Of a stretch of 35,232 bases of DNA, positions 25,583 to 33,403 are shown piece after piece. The stretch comes from a virus (taxonomy: Duplodnaviria > Caudoviricetes). The first letter of the stretch is position 1; each line of letters opens with the position of its first letter. The translations under genes and the position numbers were made by a program. The DNA lies in the IMG/VR virus record IMGVR_UViG_3300030330_006583, positions 1-35,232 of that record. The stretch is one strand, 5' to 3'. The notes beneath the pieces were generated by a model. The model searched no databases, was not told the origin of the DNA, and was given only the letters and a program-made list of their open reading frames with translations.

Positions 25583-27397
25583 ATGCCTGGACCTGGATCA
25601 TCAACAAGCCCTAATCAAAATCGTTCTTATGTAACGAACGATGGACGTGCTTCTACTTTTGGTAGAAACTTAATTCAATATATTCAAAATAGATTACCAT
25701 ACGCTACTGATGGTAGAGGAGAAAACGATGCGTTAAATCCTAAATACAAAGTCTTTAAAAAAGCAGGAATGAGAAGAGCTGAAGCTTTAGCTAAGGCTTC
25801 TATTTCATCTTCTAACCCATACAATAATATTCCTATAGGTGATTTTGCAAAAGATTCATCTTTTGGTGATGTAATGTATGCTAATATTCAAGACGATAAG
25901 CAAGGTCGTTTAAGAGATTACAGAATTATAGCTGCATATTCTGAAGTAGCTGATGCTTTAGATGAAATTTGTGATGAGTCAATTAATCCTGATGAATCAG
26001 GTTGGATTACTAAATTACACTTTAAAGATATTGATCTTACAATAGAGCAGAAAGAAATTCTTGATAAACAATTTCATAGATATGTTGAGTATTATGATTT
26101 AAAAAACAAAGGATGGCAATATTTTAGACAACTATTAGTTGAAGGTGAGGTTTTCTTTGAGCAAATTATTCACGAAGGGTATGTAGAAGATGGCGTATTA
26201 GGTGTAATAAATCTACCTGCTGAAATTATTGATCCTGTATATAACAATATACAAAACATGCTTGTAAAGGGGTATATTTACCGTAAGCCTATTTTTAGTC
26301 CTTCCCACCCTAACAAAGTAGAGAAGATTGAATTTATTCCAATGGATCAAAACCAGATAATGTATGTTAATTCTGGTGTATATAATGAAACTAAAAACTT
26401 TGTAATTCCATTTTTAGAAAATGCTAGACGGCCATATAGACAATTATCTTTAATTGAAGACGCAATTGTAATTTATCGTTTAGTAAGAGCTCCAGAAAGA
26501 CTAGTCTTTAATGTAGATGTAGGCAATATGGCTCCTCCAAAAGCTGAAGCTTACTTACGTAAATTAATTCAAAATTATTGGTCCAGAAAAACATTTGACA
26601 TGGATCAAAATGATGTAGTTAAAAAGTTTAATCCGCAATCAATGTTAGATGCTTTTTGGTTCGCTAAGAGACAAGGATCAGAAGGAACATCAGTGGAACA
26701 ATTAGCTGGTGGAGCCAATCTTGGAGAACTTTCAGACTTAATGTATTTTATTAAGAAACTTTATAGAGCTCTTAAAGTACCTTCAACAAGATTAGACCCA
26801 ACAGATCAAGCATCTGCAGATGGTTCTACTATATTAAGAGAAGAATTAAAGTTTGCACGGTTTGTAATGAGACAGCAGCAAAGATTTGCTGCAGGTCTTA
26901 AAAAAGGATTTATTACCCATTTAACATTAATGGGACTGTTCGAACAGTATGAGCTTAATGAACAAAATCTTGAAGTTGAATTTAATGTTCCTACTAATTT
27001 TTACGAGTTAAGAGAGAATCAAAGACTAGAACTTAAATCCAACAATTATAATAATCTTGCAAGTAATGAATTTGTTTCAGCTACATACGCACAGAAAAAA
27101 TACCTTGGATGGAAGGATAGAGATATTTTAGCTAATAGAGAGTTCCTTAGAAAAGATGCCGAACTGCAGTGGGAGATGTCGCAAATTGCTGCTGCTGGTC
27201 CAGCGTGGAAGGAACAAGCAGTTGCAGGTGAAGTAGCAGGCGATGCTGCTGCAGTAGGAGGTGAAGGCGGTGGTGTAGGTGGAGGCGGAGCAGGTGATAT
27301 ACCTGACTTCGGAGGCGGTCCAGCAGATACTGGAGGTGAAGAAGTAGAGGTAGCTGCTGAAACAGAAGTAGATGCAGAAGAAACTGCTGAAGTTTAA
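25583..27397 (+). CDS. gp20: Portal protein (T4 gp20-like)
   Basis: EVADALDEI, LIEDAIVIYRLVRAPERLVFNVDVGNMAPPKAEAYL, SMLDAFWF.KR, KKLYRALKVP.TR and ILREELKF motifs. Confidence 0.96.
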   Translation: MPGPGSSTSPNQNRSYVTNDGRASTFGRNLIQYIQNRLPYATDGRGENDALNPKYKVFKKAGMRRAEALAKASISSSNPYNNIPIGDFAKDSSFGDVMYANIQDDKQGRLRDYRIIAAYSEVADALDEICDESINPDESGWITKLHFKDIDLTIEQKEILDKQFHRYVEYYDLKNKGWQYFRQLLVEGEVFFEQIIHEGYVEDGVLGVINLPAEIIDPVYNNIQNMLVKGYIYRKPIFSPSHPNKVEKIEFIPMDQNQIMYVNSGVYNETKNFVIPFLENARRPYRQLSLIEDAIVIYRLVRAPERLVFNVDVGNMAPPKAEAYLRKLIQNYWSRKTFDMDQNDVVKKFNPQSMLDAFWFAKRQGSEGTSVEQLAGGANLGELSDLMYFIKKLYRALKVPSTRLDPTDQASADGSTILREELKFARFVMRQQQRFAAGLKKGFITHLTLMGLFEQYELNEQNLEVEFNVPTNFYELRENQRLELKSNNYNNLASNEFVSATYAQKKYLGWKDRDILANREFLRKDAELQWEMSQIAAAGPAWKEQAVAGEVAGDAAAVGGEGGGVGGGGAGDIPDFGGGPADTGGEEVEVAAETEVDAEETAEV

Positions 27398-27759
27398 CGA
27401 ATAGGGTTAGAAGAGAAATATTGTGCTCTAATAAATAAATCGTGGTGTTGACCAGTAGCCGCGGCTGCCGATACTTGATTAACGTTTGTAATCCCTCTAA
27501 TAGTTACCTCTTCATTGGCTTTCAATTGCCAGTAAAAATTTTCATGGTTTGTATTCTTATAATCATTATCCCAAATATATACTACCTCACTAGTACTATT
27601 TTTAATTATTACTTCTGAACACGGCCAACCATTAAGTACATCAGCTCCAGAAATCGCAACAGTATCGGTACCTACTGGCTGAATAAAAGTTCTACAGATA
27701 TTTAAATTGAAATATTCACTTCCGAAATTGGAAGTTGGATAGTTTGATTGTTCTGACAT
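27394..27759 (-). CDS. Small hypothetical protein, probably virion-associated (beta-rich)
   Basis: 121 aa ORF filling the gap between portal and neck genes, with its own TAAATA box. Confidence 0.7.
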   Translation of the reverse strand: MSEQSNYPTSNFGSEYFNLNICRTFIQPVGTDTVAISGADVLNGWPCSEVIIKNSTSEVVYIWDNDYKNTNHENFYWQLKANEEVTIRGITNVNQVSAAAATGQHHDLFIRAQYFSSNPIR

Positions 27760-27765
27760 ATAAAT

Positions 27766-27785
27766 TATTTATTCGCGAATAAATA
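27766..27785. promoter_or_regulatory. Divergent late promoters forming a perfect 20-bp palindrome
   Basis: TATTTATTCGCGAATAAATA. Minus strand TAAATA-6 nt-ATG(27759); plus strand TAAATA-5 nt-ATG(27791). Confidence 0.75.
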
Positions 27786-27790
27786 TTTTT

Positions 27791-28987
27791 ATGGCACTTG
27801 CATGCAATATAACACCTCTTTCAGCTTTTTTATCGACAAATCTTAATAGCAAAATTGAAACTTATGATAGATTAGGTGATAGAATTAAACGATCCTTGGG
27901 ATATCCATTAGTTAGTCTCGAAATACATACAGACCAATTAAGAGAAAATATTCAAATAGCGGTAGAATATTTTACAAAATATGCAGGTTTTACTAAAGAG
28001 TATCTTATTTTTGATTCAGAAATGTATGAAACTAATAAAGGTATTAGACTAGATTTACTATATACTCTAGCTAATACTGATTTAGATACTAACGCGCAAA
28101 AAACAGCTGGAACAAATCCTCTGGGCCCGGGACCAGAATTTTATGGTAGTACACCAGAGTCTATTTTTGTATGTACTTCGTCAATACTTTCTTCAGTATT
28201 TGTTTCTTCTTCAGCTTTATCCGCAACGTTTGCCTCAACCTCTGCCGATGGTATAGCGCAGTTTGAATTATTTGATCAATCAATATATTCTCAAATTACT
28301 GCTTATGATGAATTAGAGCGACCAGAGTTATCTTTAAACATTTTTGGTTTGAGTTCGTCTTTTACTGAAAATCAACGTAATACACTTACCTTCGAAGGAT
28401 CTGCCTCTGATGCAGTATTTTATCAAAATGTATATGACTACGACATAATGGACTATAGAAAGGTTGTTGATGTAACAAATTTCGAAGAAGGCTCTACCAC
28501 AGGTATAAACACATTATTTACGTTAGAGCAAACACTTGCACAACAAACATACTTTAGTTATGCATTAGGAAATTACGGATTTGATTTAGTTTCATGGTAT
28601 ACACTCAAAGAATGGATAGATACTAGAGAAAAAGTATTAGCTATTAAACGTGATATAAAATTTGATCCTAGGACGCAATATATGCAAATGTATCCTCAAC
28701 CTGGTGGTGATAGGTTTTATGGGGTATTAGCATGCTATCTTGAAAAGCCGATAAGATCTATTATTATGGAGCAATGGATATATGAATACTCGTTAGCTTT
28801 ATCTATGATTACTATTGGTAGAGTAAGAGGTAAGTTTGGAAATGTGTCTTTATTAGGTGGTGGAGCTTTAAATTATGATATGCTTCAAGAAGGCATGCAA
28901 CGAAAAGCAGAATTAGAAGGTAAACTGCTGGAAGGCGCATCACCAGGTCTTGGTGATACAGATCCAACATTATTCATTGTAGGATGA
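27791..28987 (+). CDS. gp13: Neck protein (T4 gp13-like) with Ser-rich insertion
   Basis: IKRSLGYPLVSLEI..DQL...I..AVEYF at the N-terminus, and WIYEYSLAL....IGRVRGKF....LLGGGALN at the C-terminus. Confidence 0.85.
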   Translation: MALACNITPLSAFLSTNLNSKIETYDRLGDRIKRSLGYPLVSLEIHTDQLRENIQIAVEYFTKYAGFTKEYLIFDSEMYETNKGIRLDLLYTLANTDLDTNAQKTAGTNPLGPGPEFYGSTPESIFVCTSSILSSVFVSSSALSATFASTSADGIAQFELFDQSIYSQITAYDELERPELSLNIFGLSSSFTENQRNTLTFEGSASDAVFYQNVYDYDIMDYRKVVDVTNFEEGSTTGINTLFTLEQTLAQQTYFSYALGNYGFDLVSWYTLKEWIDTREKVLAIKRDIKFDPRTQYMQMYPQPGGDRFYGVLACYLEKPIRSIIMEQWIYEYSLALSMITIGRVRGKFGNVSLLGGGALNYDMLQEGMQRKAELEGKLLEGASPGLGDTDPTLFIVG

Positions 28988-29421
28988 GGAAATGGAGACA
29001 GGGTATATTTACACCTACTAATCCGGATAAATTTATAGGCAGTAAAGCTGTTTATAGATCTGGACTTGAGTTAAAGTTTTTTAGATTCTGCGATAATAAC
29101 GATAATGTAAAAAAGTGGGGTAGTGAAAATGTAATTGTGCCTTATATAAGCCCTTTAGATCATAGAGCTCATAGATATTTTGTAGATAATTATATTGAAA
29201 TATTAGAAGGTAATAAATTAAAAAAGTATCTTGTAGAAATTAAACCATCAAAACAAACAAAACCACCTACAACAAAATATAGAAAACGGCAACATTTATT
29301 ATATGAACAAAGAGCATATGTTATAAATCAAGCAAAATGGGAAGCAGCTCGTGAATATAGTAAAAAAATTGGCTGTGAGTTTATTATTTTAACAGAAAAA
29401 GAGCTAATTTATAACAAATGA
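28984..29421 (+). CDS. gp4: Head completion nuclease (T4 gp4-like)
   Basis: G.F.P.NP.KF.G, YRSGLE, WGSE, PY.SP.D...HRYFVD, VEIKP..QT and NQAKWEAA motifs. Confidence 0.9.
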   Translation: MRKWRQGIFTPTNPDKFIGSKAVYRSGLELKFFRFCDNNDNVKKWGSENVIVPYISPLDHRAHRYFVDNYIEILEGNKLKKYLVEIKPSKQTKPPTTKYRKRQHLLYEQRAYVINQAKWEAAREYSKKIGCEFIILTEKELIYNK

Positions 29422-29422
29422 A

Positions 29423-29428
29423 TAAATA
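29423..29428 (+). promoter_or_regulatory. Late promoter box TAAATA
   Basis: ATAAATA-5 nt-ATG(29434). Confidence 0.6.
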
Positions 29429-29433
29429 ATTAC

Positions 29434-30099
29434 ATGTCGTTAAAACTTAACTTGGTTGTAGAAAAACCTGATGTAGAAGACGAGTTCGAATACATTGAAG
29501 AAGAAGTAGATAGAAACTCACCTTCTAATTTATATATTAAAGGCCCATATATGATGGCTGAAGGAGTTAATCGTAATAATAGATTGTATCCAATTGACGA
29601 ATTACAAAGAGAAGCTGATAGATATATTGAAGAGATGGTAAAGCCCGGTCGCGCAATGGGCGAGCTAAATCATCCGACCACCGCAGATGTAGATTTAGAA
29701 AGAGCTTGTCATATGGTAACCGAGTTAACTCAAGATGGAAATATTTTTTATGGTAAGTCTAAGGTCTTATCAACACCATGTGGTCAAATTGTACGTGCAT
29801 TAATTAATGATGGTGTTAAAGTTGGTATGTCTTCTAGAGCTCTAGGTACATTAGAAGAGGGAAGTAAACATAATACAGTTAAAAATATGAAGTTAGTAGC
29901 TATAGATTGTGTTGCTGATCCATCTTATCCATCTGCCTTTGTTAATGGTATCTTAGAGTCAAAGCAATGGGTACTAGTAGACGATAACAAATACGAAGAA
30001 GTATATGAAAATTTCGAAAAATCCCTTGAAAGGTTGCCTAAAAAGGACATAGATTCATTTTTACGTGATAGAATTCTTAGCTTTATTAAATCAATCTAA
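29434..30099 (+). CDS. gp21: Prohead protease (T4 gp21-like)
   Basis: LYIKG, NRNNRLYP, AMGELNHP, GMSSRALG and DCVADPS...AFVNGILE motifs. Confidence 0.95.
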   Translation: MSLKLNLVVEKPDVEDEFEYIEEEVDRNSPSNLYIKGPYMMAEGVNRNNRLYPIDELQREADRYIEEMVKPGRAMGELNHPTTADVDLERACHMVTELTQDGNIFYGKSKVLSTPCGQIVRALINDGVKVGMSSRALGTLEEGSKHNTVKNMKLVAIDCVADPSYPSAFVNGILESKQWVLVDDNKYEEVYENFEKSLERLPKKDIDSFLRDRILSFIKSI

Positions 30100-30105
30100 T
30101 AAATA
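30100..30105 (+). promoter_or_regulatory. Late promoter box TAAATA
   Basis: ATAAATA-5 nt-ATG(30111). Confidence 0.6.
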
Positions 30106-30110
30106 ATAGT

Positions 30111-30257
30111 ATGTCCAAACAAAAACAAAAAATAGCTAAGTTTATTGAGCATATTTCTAGTAAAAATTATGCTAAGGCACATAAATATTTAAAGAGCGTT
30201 GTTGAAGATAAAATAACAAAAAAAATTAACAACGCAACAGAAAAACCACTCTTTTAA
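30111..30257 (+). CDS. Small prohead-core-like protein (48 aa, absent from the ORF track)
   Basis: MSKQKQKIAKFIEHISSKNYAKAHKYLKSVVEDKITKKINNATEKPLF*. It fills the gp21-gp22 gap, has its own late box and stops 3 nt before the gp22 ATG. Confidence 0.7.
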   Translation: MSKQKQKIAKFIEHISSKNYAKAHKYLKSVVEDKITKKINNATEKPLF

Positions 30258-30260
30258 ACC

Positions 30261-31115
30261 ATGAGCAAAAAACAAGCATTACCAGAACAAGCAGAAGAGG
30301 TACTTACTGAAGAGTCAGTACAGGCTATTGAGACTGCTATTGAAGAAAAAATCCAGCTATCAGTAGAAGCTGCTTTAACTAATCAAGATGAGCTTTATGC
30401 TGAAAAACTTGAAGAGTTAGTAACTGCAATTGATAAAGATCATACAGATAAGCTTAAGAGAGTGGTTGAAGCTGTAGATCATAATAATGCAAATAAACTT
30501 ATTAAAGTTGTAAAGCGTTATGAAAATGAGCTAAATGGTCGCGCAAGTAAGTTTAAAGATACATTAGTAGAAAGTATCTCTGATTACTTAGAAGAGTATC
30601 TAGAAGAGTCAGTACCTACTCAAGCAATTGAAGAGGCTACTAAGAATAGAACTGCAAGAGAAGTCTTAAGTAATTTAAGAAAAGTGCTTGCTGTTGATTC
30701 TACTCTTATGAGTGAATCAGTTAAAGAAGCTGTTATGGATGGAAAGACTCAAATTGATGAGTTAAATGCTAAAGTAAATGCTCTTGCTAAGCAAAATAAA
30801 GTTCTTAGTGAGAAGTATAGATCTACTAAAGCTAATCTTCTTATTGAAGCTAAGACAGCAAACTTATCTGAAGGTAAAAAGTCCTATTTACGTAAGATTT
30901 TGATTGATAAGACCCCGGAGTTCATTGAAGAAAATTTCGAATATACTGCTAAGTTATTTGATAAGAAAGAGAAAGAAAGACTTACAGTTATTAAAGAGGA
31001 GGCATACAAAAAACGTAAAGTCAAAACAGATGCCCCTGTACAACAGATTTCAGAGAAGAAAGAAGAGAAACAATATAACCCTTACTTAGCAGAGTTAGAA
31101 AGATCTCACAAATAA
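30261..31115 (+). CDS. gp22: Prohead scaffolding protein (T4 gp22-like)
   Basis: Glu/Lys-rich coiled coil with LVESISDYLE, located between protease and major capsid genes. Confidence 0.8.
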   Translation: MSKKQALPEQAEEVLTEESVQAIETAIEEKIQLSVEAALTNQDELYAEKLEELVTAIDKDHTDKLKRVVEAVDHNNANKLIKVVKRYENELNGRASKFKDTLVESISDYLEEYLEESVPTQAIEEATKNRTAREVLSNLRKVLAVDSTLMSESVKEAVMDGKTQIDELNAKVNALAKQNKVLSEKYRSTKANLLIEAKTANLSEGKKSYLRKILIDKTPEFIEENFEYTAKLFDKKEKERLTVIKEEAYKKRKVKTDAPVQQISEKKEEKQYNPYLAELERSHK

Positions 31116-31198
31116 TTTCACCCCTGAACATTGAGGTGCTTGTCACCTGAGTATCTTGGGACTAGATCCCATGAGGTAAAAATGAAAGGAAACGTCTT
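31116..31198 (+). promoter_or_regulatory. Structured leader and Shine-Dalgarno of the major capsid gene
   Basis: Hairpins AGGTG-CTTGT-CACCT (31134-31148) and TGGGA-CTAGA-TCCCA (31157-31171). AAAGGA (31185-31190) lies 8 nt before the ATG. Confidence 0.6.
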
Positions 31199-32716
31199 AT
31201 GAATAAACCACAATCATTTATCGATAGAGATAGAGCAGATGCACTTCTTGAGAAGTGGGCACCTGTTCTTGAATACTCTTCCGACAGTGTTAAGGCTATT
31301 GAAGACGATCACACTCGCTTAAATACCGCTATTCTTCTGGAAAACCAGGAGAAGTGGTGTATCGAAGAAGCTAATACCGCCGGCGGCGGTGGCTCTTTTG
31401 GCGGTGGTCCAACCATGGGAAGTATTTATGCTCCTAATGGACAGCAGGGCGCCAATGATGGTGTCACTACTCAGGACAACTACGCTACTGGCGATGCTCG
31501 TCTCCCTAAAGTGCTTATCCCGATGATTCGTCGTACGTTCCCTGAGCTTATCACCAACGAAATTGTTGGTGTCCAGCCTATGTCAGGTCCTGTTGGACTT
31601 GCATTTGCTCTTCGTTATGCTTATCAGTCCCAGCAATTGGGATCTGGTATCGACGGAAGCAGTGCAGCAACTGGAACCGGTCCTGGGCCTGTTGTTGTAC
31701 CAGGTACAAGCAACACTAACCCGAATTATGCGGGTAGTGCTGGTCTTCCTGGCGACGAACTTGGATATCAACTTCTTGATACTCGATTTACCGGTACGTC
31801 TTCTGCTCAATTGAGTGGAGGTACTGACTGGACTTTCGCAGAACAAGATCAAGGTGTTGCACAGATTCTTTCTGCCTTCGAGATCACTGGAAACATTCCT
31901 CAGGTTGAGGTTAAGTTCGAGAAGACCGCTGTTGAGGCCGGCACACGCCGCCTTGGTGCACGTTGGTCCGTCGAGCTTGAGCAAGACCTTAAGAACATGA
32001 ACGGTATCGATATTGACGCTGAGATCACAAACGCTATGTCGTATGAGATTCAGGCTGAGATCGACCGTGAGATGCTCATGAGAATGATTCAAGCTGCTCT
32101 TGGAGCTGGATTTGGACCTGGTTACACAATCTGGTCGCCTTCTTCGGCAGACGGCCGTTGGTTGGTTGAGCGTAACAGGGACTTCTATCAGCGTCTTATC
32201 ATTGAGGCCAATCGTATCGCCGTCCGTAACAGACGTGGATCTGCAAACTTTGTTGTTGCAACTCCTCGTGTTTGCGCCATCCTTGAGATGCTCCCTGAAT
32301 TCCAGTGGGTACCTGTACAGGGTGATGTTAACACACAGCCTGTTGGCATTGCGAAGATTGGTTCTGTAGGTGGAAGATTCAACGTTTACCGTGATACTAG
32401 AACGGAAGTTCAGAACAATCCTAATTATACAAGCTCTAGCGCATCTGCTTACTCCGGTGCTACCGAGGGTATTGAGTATGCATTGCTTGGTTATAAGGGT
32501 CCTGAATTCTACGATACTGGTATCATTTACTGTCCTTACATTCCTGTCATGGTTCAGAGAACTATTGGTCCTAACGACTTCGCACCACGTGTTGGCTTGC
32601 TTACTCGTTATGGTGTTGTTGACAACATCTTCGGAGCAAATCTCTACTACCATGTCATTCTTGTTCAGGGACTTGGTACTGCGTTCACTCCAGGCTCAAC
32701 ATCGGTGTACTTCTAA
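31199..32716 (+). CDS. gp23: Major capsid protein (T4 gp23-like)
   Basis: LLEKWAPVL, TAILLENQE, IVGVQPMSGPVGLAFALR, WSVELEQDLK.MNGID, EIQAEIDRE, YCPYIP and TRYG motifs. Confidence 0.97.
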   Translation: MNKPQSFIDRDRADALLEKWAPVLEYSSDSVKAIEDDHTRLNTAILLENQEKWCIEEANTAGGGGSFGGGPTMGSIYAPNGQQGANDGVTTQDNYATGDARLPKVLIPMIRRTFPELITNEIVGVQPMSGPVGLAFALRYAYQSQQLGSGIDGSSAATGTGPGPVVVPGTSNTNPNYAGSAGLPGDELGYQLLDTRFTGTSSAQLSGGTDWTFAEQDQGVAQILSAFEITGNIPQVEVKFEKTAVEAGTRRLGARWSVELEQDLKNMNGIDIDAEITNAMSYEIQAEIDREMLMRMIQAALGAGFGPGYTIWSPSSADGRWLVERNRDFYQRLIIEANRIAVRNRRGSANFVVATPRVCAILEMLPEFQWVPVQGDVNTQPVGIAKIGSVGGRFNVYRDTRTEVQNNPNYTSSSASAYSGATEGIEYALLGYKGPEFYDTGIIYCPYIPVMVQRTIGPNDFAPRVGLLTRYGVVDNIFGANLYYHVILVQGLGTAFTPGSTSVYF

Positions 32717-32763
32717 TAGGAGTCATCGCTGGTTGAAGCAGCAGTCGAGAGACACAATCACAG

Positions 32764-32797
32764 AAACAGCAGAGCGAAAGCTCTGCTGTTTTTTTTT
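32764..32797 (+). terminator. Rho-independent terminator after the major capsid gene
   Basis: AAACAGCAGAGC-GAAA-GCTCTGCTGTTT stem with a GNRA loop, followed by a T run. Confidence 0.92.
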
Positions 32798-32839
32798 ATT
32801 TTATAGGGAGTTATTTAGTTAAAAGTACCTTAAAATCCA

Positions 32840-32845
32840 TAAATA
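32840..32845 (+). promoter_or_regulatory. Late promoter box TAAATA
   Basis: ATAAATA-5 nt-ATG(32851). The context ATAAATAATTACATG is identical to that of gp21. Confidence 0.6.
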
Positions 32846-32850
32846 ATTAC

Positions 32851-33318
32851 ATGAAGTTTGAAAATATAAAATTAGCTGACGGCCAATCCGGCGCCCGGCC
32901 CGGACAAGGCCTTAAGAAAAAATTCGACTACTATGTTGCTGATTCTAAATATGGAATCAGCACCAATAATGATGCAAATGTTATTGTTGAAGATTATTAT
33001 ATAGTATATAATAACTGGCCGAAGTTTACGGGAGATACAAGAAATTCATCTGAAATCGATACTTCTAGCACGGCTTTAGCTAAAATTGGTATTTCAGCTT
33101 TGCGCACTCAGATAGGAACCACTCATGTAGCTGATACTTCTTTAGATTGTGTTATTGTGAGAAAATCAGATAGAAGAGCTATTAGACTACAAATTACCGG
33201 TACAAATCGCGCTCATTATGAAAATATGAATGCTAGCACGACTATTACAGAAATTTTACCCTCTGATGGTCCATGGACGCCTGAAGTAGGCAGACTAGGT
33301 AATCTGGGTTATGTTTAA
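32851..33318 (+). CDS. Hypothetical late protein (possibly virion-associated)
   Basis: 155 aa ORF directly after the gp23 terminator, with a late box. Confidence 0.7.
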   Translation: MKFENIKLADGQSGARPGQGLKKKFDYYVADSKYGISTNNDANVIVEDYYIVYNNWPKFTGDTRNSSEIDTSSTALAKIGISALRTQIGTTHVADTSLDCVIVRKSDRRAIRLQITGTNRAHYENMNASTTITEILPSDGPWTPEVGRLGNLGYV

Positions 33319-33403
33319 AAGATCTTAGGTTACTAATTACTAAGCGTCTCCCACATTCTCCAAGGAGCATTCATGGGCTAATAACCTTTTATGCTCTTTT
33401 TTA

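Noticed and set aside
28984-29421. Possible TnsA transposase or homing endonuclease
   Set aside because: Motifs and position fit T4 gp4 head-completion nuclease. There are no terminal repeats or other transposition genes.
31583-32653. 356 aa antisense ORF (and shorter overlapping ORFs) over gp23
   Set aside because: It mirrors the capsid gene in frame and is expected from its biased codon usage. It has no recognisable motifs.
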